Origin: an uncultured Planctomycetota bacterium
Lineage (GTDB): Bacteria; Planctomycetota; Phycisphaerae; UBA1845; JANYLN01
Direction of reading: 5' to 3'
DNA: 64,000 bases
NCBI GenBank assembly: GCA_963787325.1
Contig: CAWBCK010000005.1
Span: 1,520,333 to 1,584,332, forward strand
In this document: one piece after another, positions 22,336 to 33,440 of the stretch
How positions within the stretch are numbered: position 1 is the first letter of the stretch
Layout of the letters: each line of letters begins with the position of its first letter
The notes under the pieces: model-generated
Told to the model about the DNA's origin: nothing
Seen by the model: the letters and a program-made list of their open reading frames with translations, nothing else
Databases searched by the model: none
Translations under genes and position numbers: made by a program

Positions 22336-23031
22336 TCACCTGGCTTGTGGCCTGATCGCCCCTTGAGCCGATAACTCTTGACGGCAGGATAAGCCCGTAA
22401 GGTAAACAGAGGCGGATATCAGTGGCCGGTTCTGAAGTGATAGGCGATATGTACCTGTTACTCCTTCTCCGCAACCCATTTCAGCGTCTGGTTGCAGCTG
22501 AGGGCAATGCCATGTCTTTCCGACTGATACTGCCCGACCAAGTCTGTGTTTACCGCAGAGAGGGCACCTACCCTTCACGTGCCAGAAAAATGCGTAGAAG
22601 GATCTCTGTGCCAGGAATGCGCCGATTATCACCAACCAGAGAAAAGCAAATATCCCCAAGAAGACAATCACACGCGTCACGGGGCCGCCGATAGGCGCGG
22701 GTACAAATTCAACTGCGACAATTCCAATGCCTGAGGTAGCGCATATCAAGGCTATACCGGCGGGAATTAGCGACCATCGGCAGGCGCGCCTATAGCCATA
22801 TGTACCGATGGCGAATACGACAAGAGGTAAGGCCTCGACGCTAAGAGGTGACTTCATATCCCAAGTGCTTTGAGTTCCGCACAAAGCGGCAATGCTGGCG
22901 ATGAGGAACCCCACTGTGTACAGCAGAGTAGCCAAGTACAGCCAAGCACCAATGTGGAAGTAGCCCGAAGGAACAGGCACCATGTGTTCGACATCATTCG
23001 ATTGCGCTATATCAGACTGGCTTGCACTCAT
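22336..23031 (-). CDS. Membrane protein with C-terminal zinc-ribbon-like motif; 3' end uncertain
   Basis: About four hydrophobic segments, then CPLC...HCP. Confidence 0.55.
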   Translation of the reverse strand: MSASQSDIAQSNDVEHMVPVPSGYFHIGAWLYLATLLYTVGFLIASIAALCGTQSTWDMKSPLSVEALPLVVFAIGTYGYRRACRWSLIPAGIALICATSGIGIVAVEFVPAPIGGPVTRVIVFLGIFAFLWLVIIGAFLAQRSFYAFFWHVKGRCPLCGKHRLGRAVSVGKTWHCPQLQPDAEMGCGEGVTGTYRLSLQNRPLISASVYLTGLSCRQELSAQGAIRPQAR

Positions 23032-23387
23032 GATTCTGGCTCCTCGATAAGGCGTGCCTCATTTCAGGTGGGCCGGTGAGTCGCGGTCCGCAATTCCTAC
23101 AGACTCAATTGACTCTTCGCGAGATCGCAATTCACTACCTGTGGGCGACCACTGGTTGTCTGCTCCAAAAGGTCCACATCGTTGAGACAAGCAACAACAG
23201 CAAAATGACTAATGAAGGCTCGGAAGGACGCCTTGCCCACCAATGACGCGCTCAGTGCGCCTGCTTATACAAATGCCGCCTTGCCATACAGATTCAGGCA
23301 GATAGGCTGGCGGCAATGCGGTGGAAGGCAGGATTGAAATTGCCCCACCACCTATCCCGTCGCGTTACGTGGTCTCTAAGCATATGA

Positions 23388-23428
23388 CACTTATCGACGG
23401 TCCACTTATAGCATGTAGACCCTTAGTC
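23388..23428 (+). promoter_or_regulatory. C-box-like operator array
   Basis: CACTTATCGAC-ggtc-CACTTATAGCA-TGTA-GACCCTTAGTC at a 15-bp period, resembling the PvuII-type GACTnnnAGTC-TGTA-GACTnnnAGTC site. Confidence 0.55.
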
Positions 23429-23452
23429 GTCCAGTCTCTTCACTTCTTTTCC

Positions 23453-23692
23453 ATGGACGATCTGCAGCTGAGAGCCAGTATCGGAAAAGTGATAAGAGCC
23501 CACCGATCGAGCCTAGGCTTTAGCCAGGAATCGTTCGCTGATGAGGTCCGTATTCACCGTACCTACATGGGTGACGTGGAGCGAGGGGAACGGAACCTGA
23601 GCCTTCGAAACCTGGTCCGTATCTCTAACGCGCTACACATGAAGTTGTCTGATCTGATTGCTGAAGCTGAAAAAGCGGCAACAGGCAAGTAG
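23453..23692 (+). CDS. XRE-family HTH regulator, restriction-modification controller (C protein)-like
   Basis: SQESFA...IHRTYMGDVERGERNLSLRNLVRISNAL, with C-boxes just upstream. Confidence 0.85.
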   Translation: MDDLQLRASIGKVIRAHRSSLGFSQESFADEVRIHRTYMGDVERGERNLSLRNLVRISNALHMKLSDLIAEAEKAATGK

Positions 23693-23723
23693 GTACAATA
23701 CTCACATACTGGCCTATGGATCA

Positions 23724-23776
23724 CTGACAAATCTGACGTTTTGGACGCGTTGCTGACAATGTCAGAAATGTCAGGT
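23724..23776. repeat. CTGACA/TGTCAG 9-bp-period repeat cluster in both orientations
   Basis: CTGACAAAT-CTGACGTTT ... CTGACA-ATGTCAGAA-ATGTCAGGT. Confidence 0.6.
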
Positions 23777-24100
23777 CTCTACGAAATACTGGCCGCCAAA
23801 TACGCTTGTATCTAATGATGTGTGGCGACACCGAGTATCCCCTGCAAGATTCTGATCGCCGCTAGATCATCAATCGTATTAGCCTGAGCATTACCCCAGC
23901 AGGCCTACCGTCATTTCACCGTCGGTTATTGCGGACAAGACTAGGCATGACCGATTTGACGCTATCAACCGGGCAGTTTTCTAATGGCTATGGTCAACCG
24001 TCTCACTGGGTAAGCGAAGAGTCGCCAATACCCTCTACAAGTGGCGATCACCGTATGGCACACCTCCGTTTGGCTCCTGGCATTACCTTAAAGACGGCAT

Positions 24101-26806
24101 TCATAGATCCTTTGCTAGCATCTCGTATCGAGCAGCCAGCCCTGCCAGCGTCATCTGGTCCTTTATCTGGTCATGCGGAATCAGGAGGTAATGCCAAGGC
24201 TTGCCGCCATTGGCCTGGGCGTGTTCCGTCGCATGCTTGCACCAGGTTACCGCTGCTGCCGCCTTGGCTAGAACGACCTCGTCGGTCATCTCACTGGCCT
24301 GCTTCGGCTCACACAGCCACTTTGCCGTCTTGGTCTCCACGACGAAGTCCGGCTCGTAAGAATTCTCGTGTCTGTAATCAATCTGGAAGTCGCCTTTGGC
24401 TGGCTTGAACCATTTGAGAACGTCCCCGTCATTTTCGAGAATCACAGCAAATCGACGTTCAGGATCTGTATCGAACTTCTGAATCGGATACAAGCACCTG
24501 CTGAAGCCTCCGAAGACCATGGATCTGATCTGATTTCGTTGACCCTCAGGGATGGCCACTCGAAAACCCCGCACGTCTTCGCCTGCGCCGGCTGAGTAGT
24601 TGTTCGCCCGCAGCGTAATGAATCCCCGCGTAACAATGGCCTCGTAGCCAGCTTGTGACTCGACAAAATGCTGCTGCATCTGCGAATGGATCAGATTCAC
24701 CAGCGGCTGTTGATGATATTGCAGCACATTGATTACGTCCCCTTCGTCCGTCAGATATTCCCGCAATCGGCAAACAACCTGCCCTGCCAGTTTGTAGAGC
24801 AAGGTCGCGTGTTCATCGTAGCAAACATCATTGAAATCAATCAGCCCTCGTACCAGGTAATCCTCGGGGCGCTTCTCCCGGATAATGCCAGAACCGTCCT
24901 GCAGCCGATATCGCTGGTTTTCGTGAAGGTGCTGAATCAGGATGTCCTGGGCAACAGGCTGAAGGTTTATATTGCGCACATCCAGGTCGAAGTCTTCATA
25001 ACCGCAGGTTACCTTGCCCTTAGGCACCACAATGATCTTCGGCACGTCGATCGACAGTTCCTGATACAGGGCCGTCGTCTTCCGCACGACCTCCGGTACA
25101 TTCACCGGCGTCACGACGCCCTCAATCACACCCTGAGCGGGTCTGACGATCTCTTCAACCTTTCGAACAATCTCCTGCTGGACGTCTGCCTCTTGCAGTT
25201 GATCGCTTCCCCTGAGGCGTTCATACTGCTTGATCACTTCGTAAGTTGCCTTGGCCACTGCCTGCTCTTCGGGGTGCTCAAACAGTTTTCCTTGCGTCCC
25301 GACAGGCTGACCCGCCACCGCTGGACGCGTCACAGGTACAACACCGGATATCATCTGCTCAAAGGCGGTCTTTACCTCCACAGCCTTCCTGCCTGCCTCC
25401 GGGATATCCCGGCCGATCACCACACCTGCACGAATGATTGAATCGGGGTCATTGGCATGATCGACGATCTCCTGGAACTTGTCGTGCGATACGATGGTCA
25501 GCCGATCCACAGCCGGCACACCCACCCGCTTGCCGTATGGCAGACGCAGGCCGCGACCGATGGACTGCTCCACCAAGGTCTTCGAATTAGCGGCACGCAG
25601 CGGGACGATCGTGTACAGGTTCGTCACGTCCCACCCTTCTTTGAGCATGTTGACGTGGATAACGATCTCGACCGGATTGTCAGGGTGTTCAACCGTCAGC
25701 AGCTGCTGGACCACATCGTCCTTCTCCTCGCCGCGCAGGTTGGAGTGAACCTGGATCACCTTGCCCTTATACCGACCCTCGAAGAAGTCGTCTCCCTCGA
25801 TGACCTGCTGTAGCGTGTTGGCATGCGCAGTATCAGCCGCCACGACCAGCATGAAGGGTTTGACTATCGGCTTGTCGTTGTTACGGGCATAAACCTCCAG
25901 CTCGACCTTCGTGTTTTCGTGAATCCGCACCCCGTCTTCGAGTTTGATCTTTTCCAGGCCTTCAGGCGTGTACGCCTTGGGATCAAAGTTCTCACGCGTA
26001 GCGACCGCCGGCTCTTTCACGAAGCCATCCGTCATGGCTGAGGCCAGCGGGTAACTATAGATCACATTCCTGAACGATACGTTCTTGCTGCCATTCTCAA
26101 CCTGAGGCGTTGCCGTCAGCTCCAACCCCAGGATCGGTTTGAGCTCGTTGATGGCCCTTACGCCTGCTGTCGCTCGGTACCGATGGCTCTCGTCCATCAG
26201 CATCACCAGGTCATCCAGGCCAGCCAGGTAGTCAAAGTAGCTCTGCCCGATGTATTCGCTTAGCCGTTTGATGCGGGGGGCCTTGCCGCCTCTGACCTCG
26301 CTGTTGATCTTCGAGATGTTGAAGATGTTAATATGGCAGTCGTCGGGATTGTCGAAGAGCTGCCCTCTTGCCGCCCCTGCAGATTCGTATGTATCACCAG
26401 TGATCACGACGGGTTGGTTCGTCGCGAACTCGCCGATTCCCTTGAACACGTACTTCGCCGTGTTAGGGGTGAAATCCGCGATCAGTTTGTTATAGATCGT
26501 CAGGTTCGGAGCAAGCACGAAGAAGTTACGGATGCCTTCCGCCTGGTACAGGTATGCAATGAACGCGCCCATAAGTCGTGTCTTGCCGACGCCTGTGGCC
26601 AGGGCAAAGCATAGCGACGGAAACTCCCGCTCGAAATCCTCGACCGCAGCAAATTCCGCTTTGATCGCCTCCAACGCTACAGCGGAATCACCATCCTTCG
26701 CCAGTGATACGATCTCGCAGACCCGGCTCAGAATTTCCAACGAATCCCGTTGCGGCGGCCGAAGACTCAGGCGATTGCTGATGGCATTAATGTGCTGAAT
26801 CGCCAT
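24101..26806 (-). CDS. res: Type III restriction endonuclease Res subunit
   Basis: ATGVGKT, DESH, LTATP, LKEGWDV, QSIGRGLRLP; C-terminal YEPDFVVET...CEPK nuclease motif. Confidence 0.9.
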   Translation of the reverse strand: MAIQHINAISNRLSLRPPQRDSLEILSRVCEIVSLAKDGDSAVALEAIKAEFAAVEDFEREFPSLCFALATGVGKTRLMGAFIAYLYQAEGIRNFFVLAPNLTIYNKLIADFTPNTAKYVFKGIGEFATNQPVVITGDTYESAGAARGQLFDNPDDCHINIFNISKINSEVRGGKAPRIKRLSEYIGQSYFDYLAGLDDLVMLMDESHRYRATAGVRAINELKPILGLELTATPQVENGSKNVSFRNVIYSYPLASAMTDGFVKEPAVATRENFDPKAYTPEGLEKIKLEDGVRIHENTKVELEVYARNNDKPIVKPFMLVVAADTAHANTLQQVIEGDDFFEGRYKGKVIQVHSNLRGEEKDDVVQQLLTVEHPDNPVEIVIHVNMLKEGWDVTNLYTIVPLRAANSKTLVEQSIGRGLRLPYGKRVGVPAVDRLTIVSHDKFQEIVDHANDPDSIIRAGVVIGRDIPEAGRKAVEVKTAFEQMISGVVPVTRPAVAGQPVGTQGKLFEHPEEQAVAKATYEVIKQYERLRGSDQLQEADVQQEIVRKVEEIVRPAQGVIEGVVTPVNVPEVVRKTTALYQELSIDVPKIIVVPKGKVTCGYEDFDLDVRNINLQPVAQDILIQHLHENQRYRLQDGSGIIREKRPEDYLVRGLIDFNDVCYDEHATLLYKLAGQVVCRLREYLTDEGDVINVLQYHQQPLVNLIHSQMQQHFVESQAGYEAIVTRGFITLRANNYSAGAGEDVRGFRVAIPEGQRNQIRSMVFGGFSRCLYPIQKFDTDPERRFAVILENDGDVLKWFKPAKGDFQIDYRHENSYEPDFVVETKTAKWLCEPKQASEMTDEVVLAKAAAAVTWCKHATEHAQANGGKPWHYLLIPHDQIKDQMTLAGLAARYEMLAKDL

Positions 26807-26808
26807 GA

Positions 26809-27862
26809 TTACTTATCCCCCTTCTTCCTATCGATGCGCTTGCGCTGGCTTTCTATTCGCTTGACATCCTTGACGGTTTTCAGGAAGTCCTTCTCGACGC
26901 GGGATGGCGCAGCCAGGGTCTGCTGGCGGTACTTCTCATACTCCTGCCTGGCCTTCTCCAGCGCCTGCTCATGGCTGACCGTGCCGGCGTGCTTAAGGAT
27001 CTCACGACCGCTCATCTGCAGGAAATCGTCCAACCTGGCCACCCAGTCTCTCATGTACATCGGCTGCCGATTCAGGGCCTGTAATTCCGCCAATTCAAGA
27101 TACGCCGTCACCATGCGATTCAGCACTTCGAGTTCATCCCGCCGGAGATAGTTCTTGGCGACTTCGGCGTCAGCCTTGTGAATGGATCCGCCGGGCCAGT
27201 TGGTCATGCCCATATTGGGCTGACTGGCATCCGCCCGTTCGGCAATGATCTCCGCAGCGGTATGGCCGTGGGAAGCCCAGTGCATCTTGTTCTGCACAAC
27301 CTTGAAAAAGCTCCTGCGAGATATCCGCCCGCGGATCGTAGTCAATGCTGGTAGCATATATATCCAGGACCTTCCGCCAGAACACCTTCTCCGACGAGCG
27401 GATATCGCGAATTCGTGCCAGGAGTTCGTCGAAGTAGTTACCGCCCCCGGCCTCCTTGAGACGCCTGTCGTCCAGGGCGAAGCCCTTGATGAGATATTCG
27501 CGAAGCCGCTGGGTAGCCCAGATGCGGAACTGTGTACCCCGCAGGCTGTTGACTCGGTAACCTACCGAGATAATCGCATCGAGGTTGTAGTGTTCGACGT
27601 CCCGCACTACCTGGCGACTGCCTTCCTTTTGAACTGTTGCAAATCTTGCAACGGTTGCCTCTGGTGCAAGCTCTTGCGATTCATAAATGTTCTTCAGATG
27701 GCGACTTATACCGGATTTATCCACCTGGAACAGTTCAGCCATCTGCTGCTGCGTCAGCCATAAGGTATCGCCCTGAAACCGGCACTGAATACGGGTCTGG
27801 CCGTCTTCGGTCTGATAGAGCAGGAACTCGCCCTGGGGGCCCTGGGGGACAAGACCAGTCAT
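26809..27862 (-). CDS. RhuM-family protein (frameshift near 27320)
   Basis: WLTQQQMAELF, YNLDAIISVGYRVNSLRGTQFRIWAT, RIRDIRSSEK, VQNKMHWA, AKNYL. Confidence 0.9.
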
Positions 27863-29673
27863 CGCTGTCTGCCTCCCTTGGAGTCGGCATCTTCCATGTC
27901 GAACAGCATCTGCCCACCGTTGCTGTCCTTGCCGAACTTCCGCGTAGGCTTCCTTGGGCAGGCCTGCTCCGCTTCCTGCAGCTCAATCGCTTGCGGTGGG
28001 GGCTCGGGAAGGTTCTCGATCTCCAGGGAGTAATCGTCGTGACCCCATTCGCACTTTTTCAGGACGGCCTTGGGGATCTTCTTGACTGTCAGGTTTTCGA
28101 ACTGACTTACGTCGCACCGGAACGCGCTGCAGCAAATCAGGAGGCTGCGATTGGCGCCGACCTCCTCACTCAGTCTGCACAGCATCGCCTTCGTCATCAT
28201 CTGCGTGGTCACGTAGATAAAGTCAGTTTCCGAGCTTCTGCCCTGTTGCCAATAGACATCAGCGTTCGGATCGAACGTGAAGCCCTCCAGTTTGCACATC
28301 GCTTCAGCCAGCATCGCCGGGTTGAACTCAGGATTGATGACGGGATTGCCCCATTCATCCTTAACGATCAAGGATGGCCCCAGGCGGTAGTATCGGAAAC
28401 CACCCCCGCCCTTCCAGTTGACAGACTTGCTAATTCCGCTCTGGTCCTCACCGTCGATCACTTTCTTCATACGCGGAATGATGTGCGTGTGACAATGGTC
28501 GCCCAGTTCGACCATGATCCAACGGCGTCCCATCTTGTGTGCGACCGCACCAGTTGTGCCAGAGCCGGCGAAGGAATCCAGAACCCAATCGCCGGAATTG
28601 GTTGCAAGGTCGAATACGCGTTTGATTAGGGCTTCCGGTTTCTTACCCTTGGGAAACCTGACCCCACCCTCATTATGGAGGTTATTCGACAATATGTCAT
28701 CCCACAGCGTCGTCAACGGCTCTCCGGCCACGTACTCTCCGTCCACCATCTTAAGCTTGTCAGAGTAGAACAGAAGTCGTTCGCCGTTCCGAAAAAACAT
28801 GTCTGAGTGATCTTCACGCTCAAGCCTCAGAATGCGGCCCGGTTCCTTCTTCGAGGCATCGATCATTGCCCTTGCAGCTGCACTCACGCCTTTGTAATCA
28901 GGCCGTGCAGTACGAATGACATTGCGTGCATTGTTGACGACAAAACCATCAACGCGCCCAGGCTCATCCTTGGCAATTGCACGCACTTCTTTCTCCGTGA
29001 ACCCTGTGTCAACCGCAAAAGCCTTCATCAGAGGCACGATGTCCCACTGCTCGAAGGGAGCATCGATATTCACAATAAACTGGCTGTACCGCTTGTCACG
29101 TTCGCGGCAGGTAAACAACCGGTGTGGCTTCCATGCGGCCTTATTCTTGGCATAGATCAGAATGTAGTTCGTCGTGTTTACACACCCCGGGTTTATCGAC
29201 TTGTGACCCGTCGCCGATCCTTGCTTAAACGTTACGGTGTAAACGCGGTTCGGTCGCCCAAACACCTCATCCAACAGAACGATAAGATAGCCCAACTCGT
29301 TGTCATCGATATGCACGAACATCGTGCCCTCTCTGTCTAGCAGTTGATGCAGTATCTCCAGCCGGTCGCGCATCCTTGTTAACCAAATGGAATGCTCGAC
29401 ACCGTCGTCATAATTGTCCATCATCTCACCGGTGTTGAACGGCGGGTCAATGTAGATGCACTTGATCATGCCAGTAAACTCCTGCTCTAGCGCCTTAAGC
29501 GCGAGCAGGTTGTCGCCGAAGATCAGCCGGTTGTCGAAGATGTCTTTGTCGTTGACTCGGTGGGCAGCGTGATACGCCTTCACTGAGTCCTCAATCAGGA
29601 TCCGCGGCTCCAGCTTTGGCCGATTCTCCTTGCCGATCCAAGTAAGTTCCAACCTTGCGTTCTGCCGACTCAT
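27859..29673 (-). CDS. mod: Type III R-M Mod DNA methyltransferase
   Basis: GDNLLALK, IYIDPPFNTG, KKPEALI, LDSFAGSGTTG. Confidence 0.92.
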   Translation of the reverse strand: MSRQNARLELTWIGKENRPKLEPRILIEDSVKAYHAAHRVNDKDIFDNRLIFGDNLLALKALEQEFTGMIKCIYIDPPFNTGEMMDNYDDGVEHSIWLTRMRDRLEILHQLLDREGTMFVHIDDNELGYLIVLLDEVFGRPNRVYTVTFKQGSATGHKSINPGCVNTTNYILIYAKNKAAWKPHRLFTCRERDKRYSQFIVNIDAPFEQWDIVPLMKAFAVDTGFTEKEVRAIAKDEPGRVDGFVVNNARNVIRTARPDYKGVSAAARAMIDASKKEPGRILRLEREDHSDMFFRNGERLLFYSDKLKMVDGEYVAGEPLTTLWDDILSNNLHNEGGVRFPKGKKPEALIKRVFDLATNSGDWVLDSFAGSGTTGAVAHKMGRRWIMVELGDHCHTHIIPRMKKVIDGEDQSGISKSVNWKGGGGFRYYRLGPSLIVKDEWGNPVINPEFNPAMLAEAMCKLEGFTFDPNADVYWQQGRSSETDFIYVTTQMMTKAMLCRLSEEVGANRSLLICCSAFRCDVSQFENLTVKKIPKAVLKKCEWGHDDYSLEIENLPEPPPQAIELQEAEQACPRKPTRKFGKDSNGGQMLFDMEDADSKGGRQR

Positions 29674-31688
29674 GGCTTCACCCTCGTCGGCAAACCTAGT
29701 TTCTCGAAGAATGCCGCGTTCCGCTTTTTGGCGTCAGTAACCATTTTGCTGTACGACACAACCTCCACATAGGCATTGTACTGGCGTTTGTAGCCGAAGA
29801 ACCCTTGGCCATCAGGCGATCTTGTCAACTCGAAATCATAAGCCAACTGCTCTAATCGCGGGGCGATATCCGCCACCAGGTAGCAGTAGAACGGTACGTC
29901 GTGACCGATTACGGGAATGTCACGCCCCGATGGCGTACGCGCCTTGCCGTCACGAATATCTGTGATATAGCCACGCATCTGGACGAACGGGTTCTCATCG
30001 TCGTCGTTGAAGTCCTTCCGCATGGGCCGCTTAAACTCAATGATCGTAACAGCGGAATACGGGGGATCGCCTGTGGCGAAAGCACACGCTTTGTCAAACA
30101 CGAGGATATCGGGCTCCTTGCTACTAACGATGCCGATGTTTGGAGTCGTTCTTAGTGGCTTGTCTGACGCGAGAAAGGCGTGGTAGACCAGCTTCTCGTC
30201 AAGCAGCCACAGGTTGTGCTCTTCAAATAGCACGTCGTCAGATGTCTTCCGCATGGGGAAGATAATCTGGTGGACCCGATCCTCACGACGGTACTTCCCG
30301 TCATCTTCAACTGAAAGCTGGCGCTGAAGGAAATCGAGCACGGCCCGACGATGGCAAACATATCGTGCGAGATCGGATTTATTGATGTCGCCAATCTTAT
30401 CGAAGTACTCCTGCAACTGGCTGATATATTCATCCCACTCCTCGTCCTTCGCATCCTTCTGCAGGAGCACCTGGCCTTCCGCTCGCAGAGCGACCTGCAG
30501 ATCGTGATATGCTGCGTACAGCCGAAGATCGAGTGCGTCGTCGTTTATTTCGGGGTCAATAAGATCAATCGTGGCGTCAACGTATTTCAGGATCGGCCTG
30601 TACATGGGGCCATCACTTGCGACGAATCTATCGATGCGTAGATTCTTCCGCTCGCGGACAGGTTCTGTATAGGGCTTAAGGAATACGCGGCAATTGTCAA
30701 ACAGTGCCTCCCGGATTGCCTGCCATGTAATGTCCTTAACAAGGAGATCCGAGGCATCCTCCATAATGGAAAACTCGGTCCGTTCCGCGTTTACCGCGCC
30801 ATCGAGTACGTTGCTATCCACATATGCCGCATAGACGAAGTCCCGACCTTCCTCGTCCTGGAGCCGACGGGCCAGGTTAGGTAGCCTGCCGAGCAGCTTT
30901 TCCGACTTCACGACGCGGCTGTTAGCACAGAAGTGGATCAGATGCTCCGTAAAATGCGATGAGCGCAGCCGTACATGCAACACCTCGAACTGCTGGCCCT
31001 CAACGCAAACACGGTCTCGCTTAGAAAGGCTTGCCATCTCCTGCTCGAATCGCTCATTCAGATCGAGCCGTTCCTCGGTGCTGGAATCCTCTAGGACAAT
31101 TGCCGGGCAATCCGCCCGGATAAAAAACTCCAGGCAGTGCTCGATCAGATGCGTTCCAATAGTGTCGAGCCGCTTGGGGCACTGCTGCTGGTACTTAGCC
31201 CGAAAGCCAGTCAGCCGGACAGTCGTGGACCGTCCAGGTCGCTGGGCATCGACAACCGTCATATCTTTGACACCGTCGCCCTCTGGCACAAAAGTGAATC
31301 GTCGGAGCTGCATCTTTCGGCCGTGTTTTGTGTGGCTCGCAACTTGCACGCATTCGAACGCTACGAGCCACAAGAAGCGGCCAACACCTTTGCCGCCGCG
31401 TCCAGCCTTGTACGTAGTGTCCGCCGTCTCGAACGCTCGGTAGTTGTCCTCATTGAAGCCAATGCCGTTGTCCGTTATCTCGAAGCCAGTGATATCGCCG
31501 AGCTCAGGGGCCTGCCCCTCGAACAAGTGCTTCCTGTCGCGCAGGACTGATATCTTGATGTTGCCCTGCTTCTCGTTGGCATCCTCAATTGCCTGTATTG
31601 AGTTGACCACAGCTTCGTACAAAGGCAGTAACGGCTTGCTTGCCGCCAAGGATGTATTTCGTACGCGACCTGCAACGTCTGTCTTCAT
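29670..31688 (-). CDS. GHKL/MORC-like ATPase with C-terminal PD-(D/E)xK-like nuclease
   Basis: LYEAVVNSIQA, DNGIGF, GGKGVGR; C-terminal EPDILVF...IIEFKRP. Start MKTDV at 31688. Confidence 0.8.
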   Translation of the reverse strand: MKTDVAGRVRNTSLAASKPLLPLYEAVVNSIQAIEDANEKQGNIKISVLRDRKHLFEGQAPELGDITGFEITDNGIGFNEDNYRAFETADTTYKAGRGGKGVGRFLWLVAFECVQVASHTKHGRKMQLRRFTFVPEGDGVKDMTVVDAQRPGRSTTVRLTGFRAKYQQQCPKRLDTIGTHLIEHCLEFFIRADCPAIVLEDSSTEERLDLNERFEQEMASLSKRDRVCVEGQQFEVLHVRLRSSHFTEHLIHFCANSRVVKSEKLLGRLPNLARRLQDEEGRDFVYAAYVDSNVLDGAVNAERTEFSIMEDASDLLVKDITWQAIREALFDNCRVFLKPYTEPVRERKNLRIDRFVASDGPMYRPILKYVDATIDLIDPEINDDALDLRLYAAYHDLQVALRAEGQVLLQKDAKDEEWDEYISQLQEYFDKIGDINKSDLARYVCHRRAVLDFLQRQLSVEDDGKYRREDRVHQIIFPMRKTSDDVLFEEHNLWLLDEKLVYHAFLASDKPLRTTPNIGIVSSKEPDILVFDKACAFATGDPPYSAVTIIEFKRPMRKDFNDDDENPFVQMRGYITDIRDGKARTPSGRDIPVIGHDVPFYCYLVADIAPRLEQLAYDFELTRSPDGQGFFGYKRQYNAYVEVVSYSKMVTDAKKRNAAFFEKLGLPTRVKP

Positions 31689-31698
31689 GACTCTCCAC

Positions 31699-33438
31699 CT
31701 ACGCTCGGTTTTGGCGACGCATGTTCTCAACCGCCTTCTTGAAGTCCGGAGCTTCGGGTTTCTTGCTCCATTCATCCCAGAACTCGATGGTGGCGCTCAG
31801 TGGCTTCTGGCTTGGTGCATGAATACGAATCCTGCTAGGTAATAGCACTGCGTCGCCAACGACCAACGCCTCGCCGATATCCAGAATCGGGAGGGTATCC
31901 ATCAATCCCTCAAGGCTCTCCGGCATAAGGCGCTTGACAGTTGCCTGGTCATCGCCATTCGTAAGGCGCAAAGCGATGACGTTGTTGCACTGACTCAGGA
32001 TGGTGGCGCTGACATCGGAAGGTCTCTGACTGACGATCAACAGGGCTACGCCATACTTGCGGCCCTCCTTGGCAATCTTCTCGAAGTTCTCAATCGCGCG
32101 TTGCTCAACCGGGTTCTTCCCATCCTTCTTGGGCAGGTACAGGTGCGCCTCGTCGCAGACAAGGGCCATCGGGCGACGCTTCTGCCTGTCCGTCCAAAAC
32201 TGGACCTGGTAAATGATGCGTGCAACCAGCCCTACGATTACCGGGAGAATGTCTGCGGGAACCTCCGAAAAGTCGATGACCTTGATCTGTGCCTTTGCCG
32301 TAGAGTAGTCCAGCAAGCGGGTTACCATCGCAGCCATCGCGTCGTATTGATGCTCAGCGTCTGGGGCTTGAAACAGGAATCCGTACCTCTTGTCGCTGAC
32401 CTTGCTATTGAGCCTCACAAGAAGGCGGCTGAACTGTCCATAGAATGGCCCCTGCTTGTCCTTCCCACTTGAGCCAGGCACCATTTCCGTGTTCAGGCGA
32501 TCCAATTCCTTGAGCACATTGGCCACCTGAAAGGGGATGGGGCTATCGAGCGTGAAGGCGTTGAGTACTTCAGTCTTCTTCAACGACTGAAGGGTGTTCT
32601 TCTTCTCTGCAACTACGGTGTCCTGGAAGGCCATGACCTGGTTGTGAGCGTTGAACTCACTTCGGTCTATGAACATTGCTTGAAGCTCTTCGGCGTTGAG
32701 CAACCAATACGGCAGAAACAACAGCGAATCGTCCGTCTTGCCTAGCTCTTCGGGACCGGGGATGCGAAGATGTCGTGCATACGTCAACTCCCGGTACTCC
32801 CCATGAAGGTCAAACACAATAAGGTTGGCCGATGGAAGTTTCGCTGCCTGCTCCAGGACTGACGCAACCGACCATGACTTGCCCGACCCCGTACTTCCCA
32901 AGAGTGAGGCGTGACGCTGAAAGAGTTTGTTGCCGTCGAGATAGGCTTTCGCCGTCTCGTCGATGGTGTAGCGACCTATCTCCAACGAGTGCTCCGTCTT
33001 GCTTTCGGCTGACAGCAGACGCATGAACGTCTGAAGTTGAGCATCGCGCAGTATGTGACAGGTTCCATCGATTTCCGGCACTTGAACGAGTGAACGTGAA
33101 AACCTGGTCTTGTTGCCCGTGGCTAAGCCAACAGTACCCACCAGCGTCAGTTGAACCGTGTTGAGAACACACTCTCTGGGCAAGGCCGTAGCCGCAGTTT
33201 CGCCAGCGCCCTGCTCTTCGACTGTAGGCTGTTCTTCCATTACGGGGGTCTTGATGACCTTCTCTATGATGCCGATTAGCCATTCCTCAACTGCCCCAGG
33301 AAGAGAAAGCGCGACAAGTTGACCGACGCGTGCCTTACGAAGGTCCTCGTCGGTACTTACCTGAACCTTGACCCTGCGAGTGTCAACCGCTCTAACCTTG
33401 CCAAGCATATGCGATGTGTCGAACGTGAAGATCGCCAT
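31699..33438 (-). CDS. HerA/DUF87 ATPase
   Basis: GSTGSGKS, FDLHGEY, VCDEAH, IAKEGRKYG, VSQRP. Start MAIFTF at 33438. Confidence 0.9.
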   Translation of the reverse strand: MAIFTFDTSHMLGKVRAVDTRRVKVQVSTDEDLRKARVGQLVALSLPGAVEEWLIGIIEKVIKTPVMEEQPTVEEQGAGETAATALPRECVLNTVQLTLVGTVGLATGNKTRFSRSLVQVPEIDGTCHILRDAQLQTFMRLLSAESKTEHSLEIGRYTIDETAKAYLDGNKLFQRHASLLGSTGSGKSWSVASVLEQAAKLPSANLIVFDLHGEYRELTYARHLRIPGPEELGKTDDSLLFLPYWLLNAEELQAMFIDRSEFNAHNQVMAFQDTVVAEKKNTLQSLKKTEVLNAFTLDSPIPFQVANVLKELDRLNTEMVPGSSGKDKQGPFYGQFSRLLVRLNSKVSDKRYGFLFQAPDAEHQYDAMAAMVTRLLDYSTAKAQIKVIDFSEVPADILPVIVGLVARIIYQVQFWTDRQKRRPMALVCDEAHLYLPKKDGKNPVEQRAIENFEKIAKEGRKYGVALLIVSQRPSDVSATILSQCNNVIALRLTNGDDQATVKRLMPESLEGLMDTLPILDIGEALVVGDAVLLPSRIRIHAPSQKPLSATIEFWDEWSKKPEAPDFKKAVENMRRQNRA

Positions 33439-33440
33439 AC

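Larger units (their letters stand above)
19750..22374 (+). pseudogene. PLD-superfamily (Nuc-like) secreted nuclease split by an IS; C-terminal GSKYHRLGC metal-binding-like domain
   Basis: Removing the IS and one CTAG restores KPAASDGGISVYFSPRGG...AYSFTS...HNKIIVIDGETVITGSFNFT (HKD motif). Further frameshift near 21840; 3' end uncertain. Confidence 0.8.
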
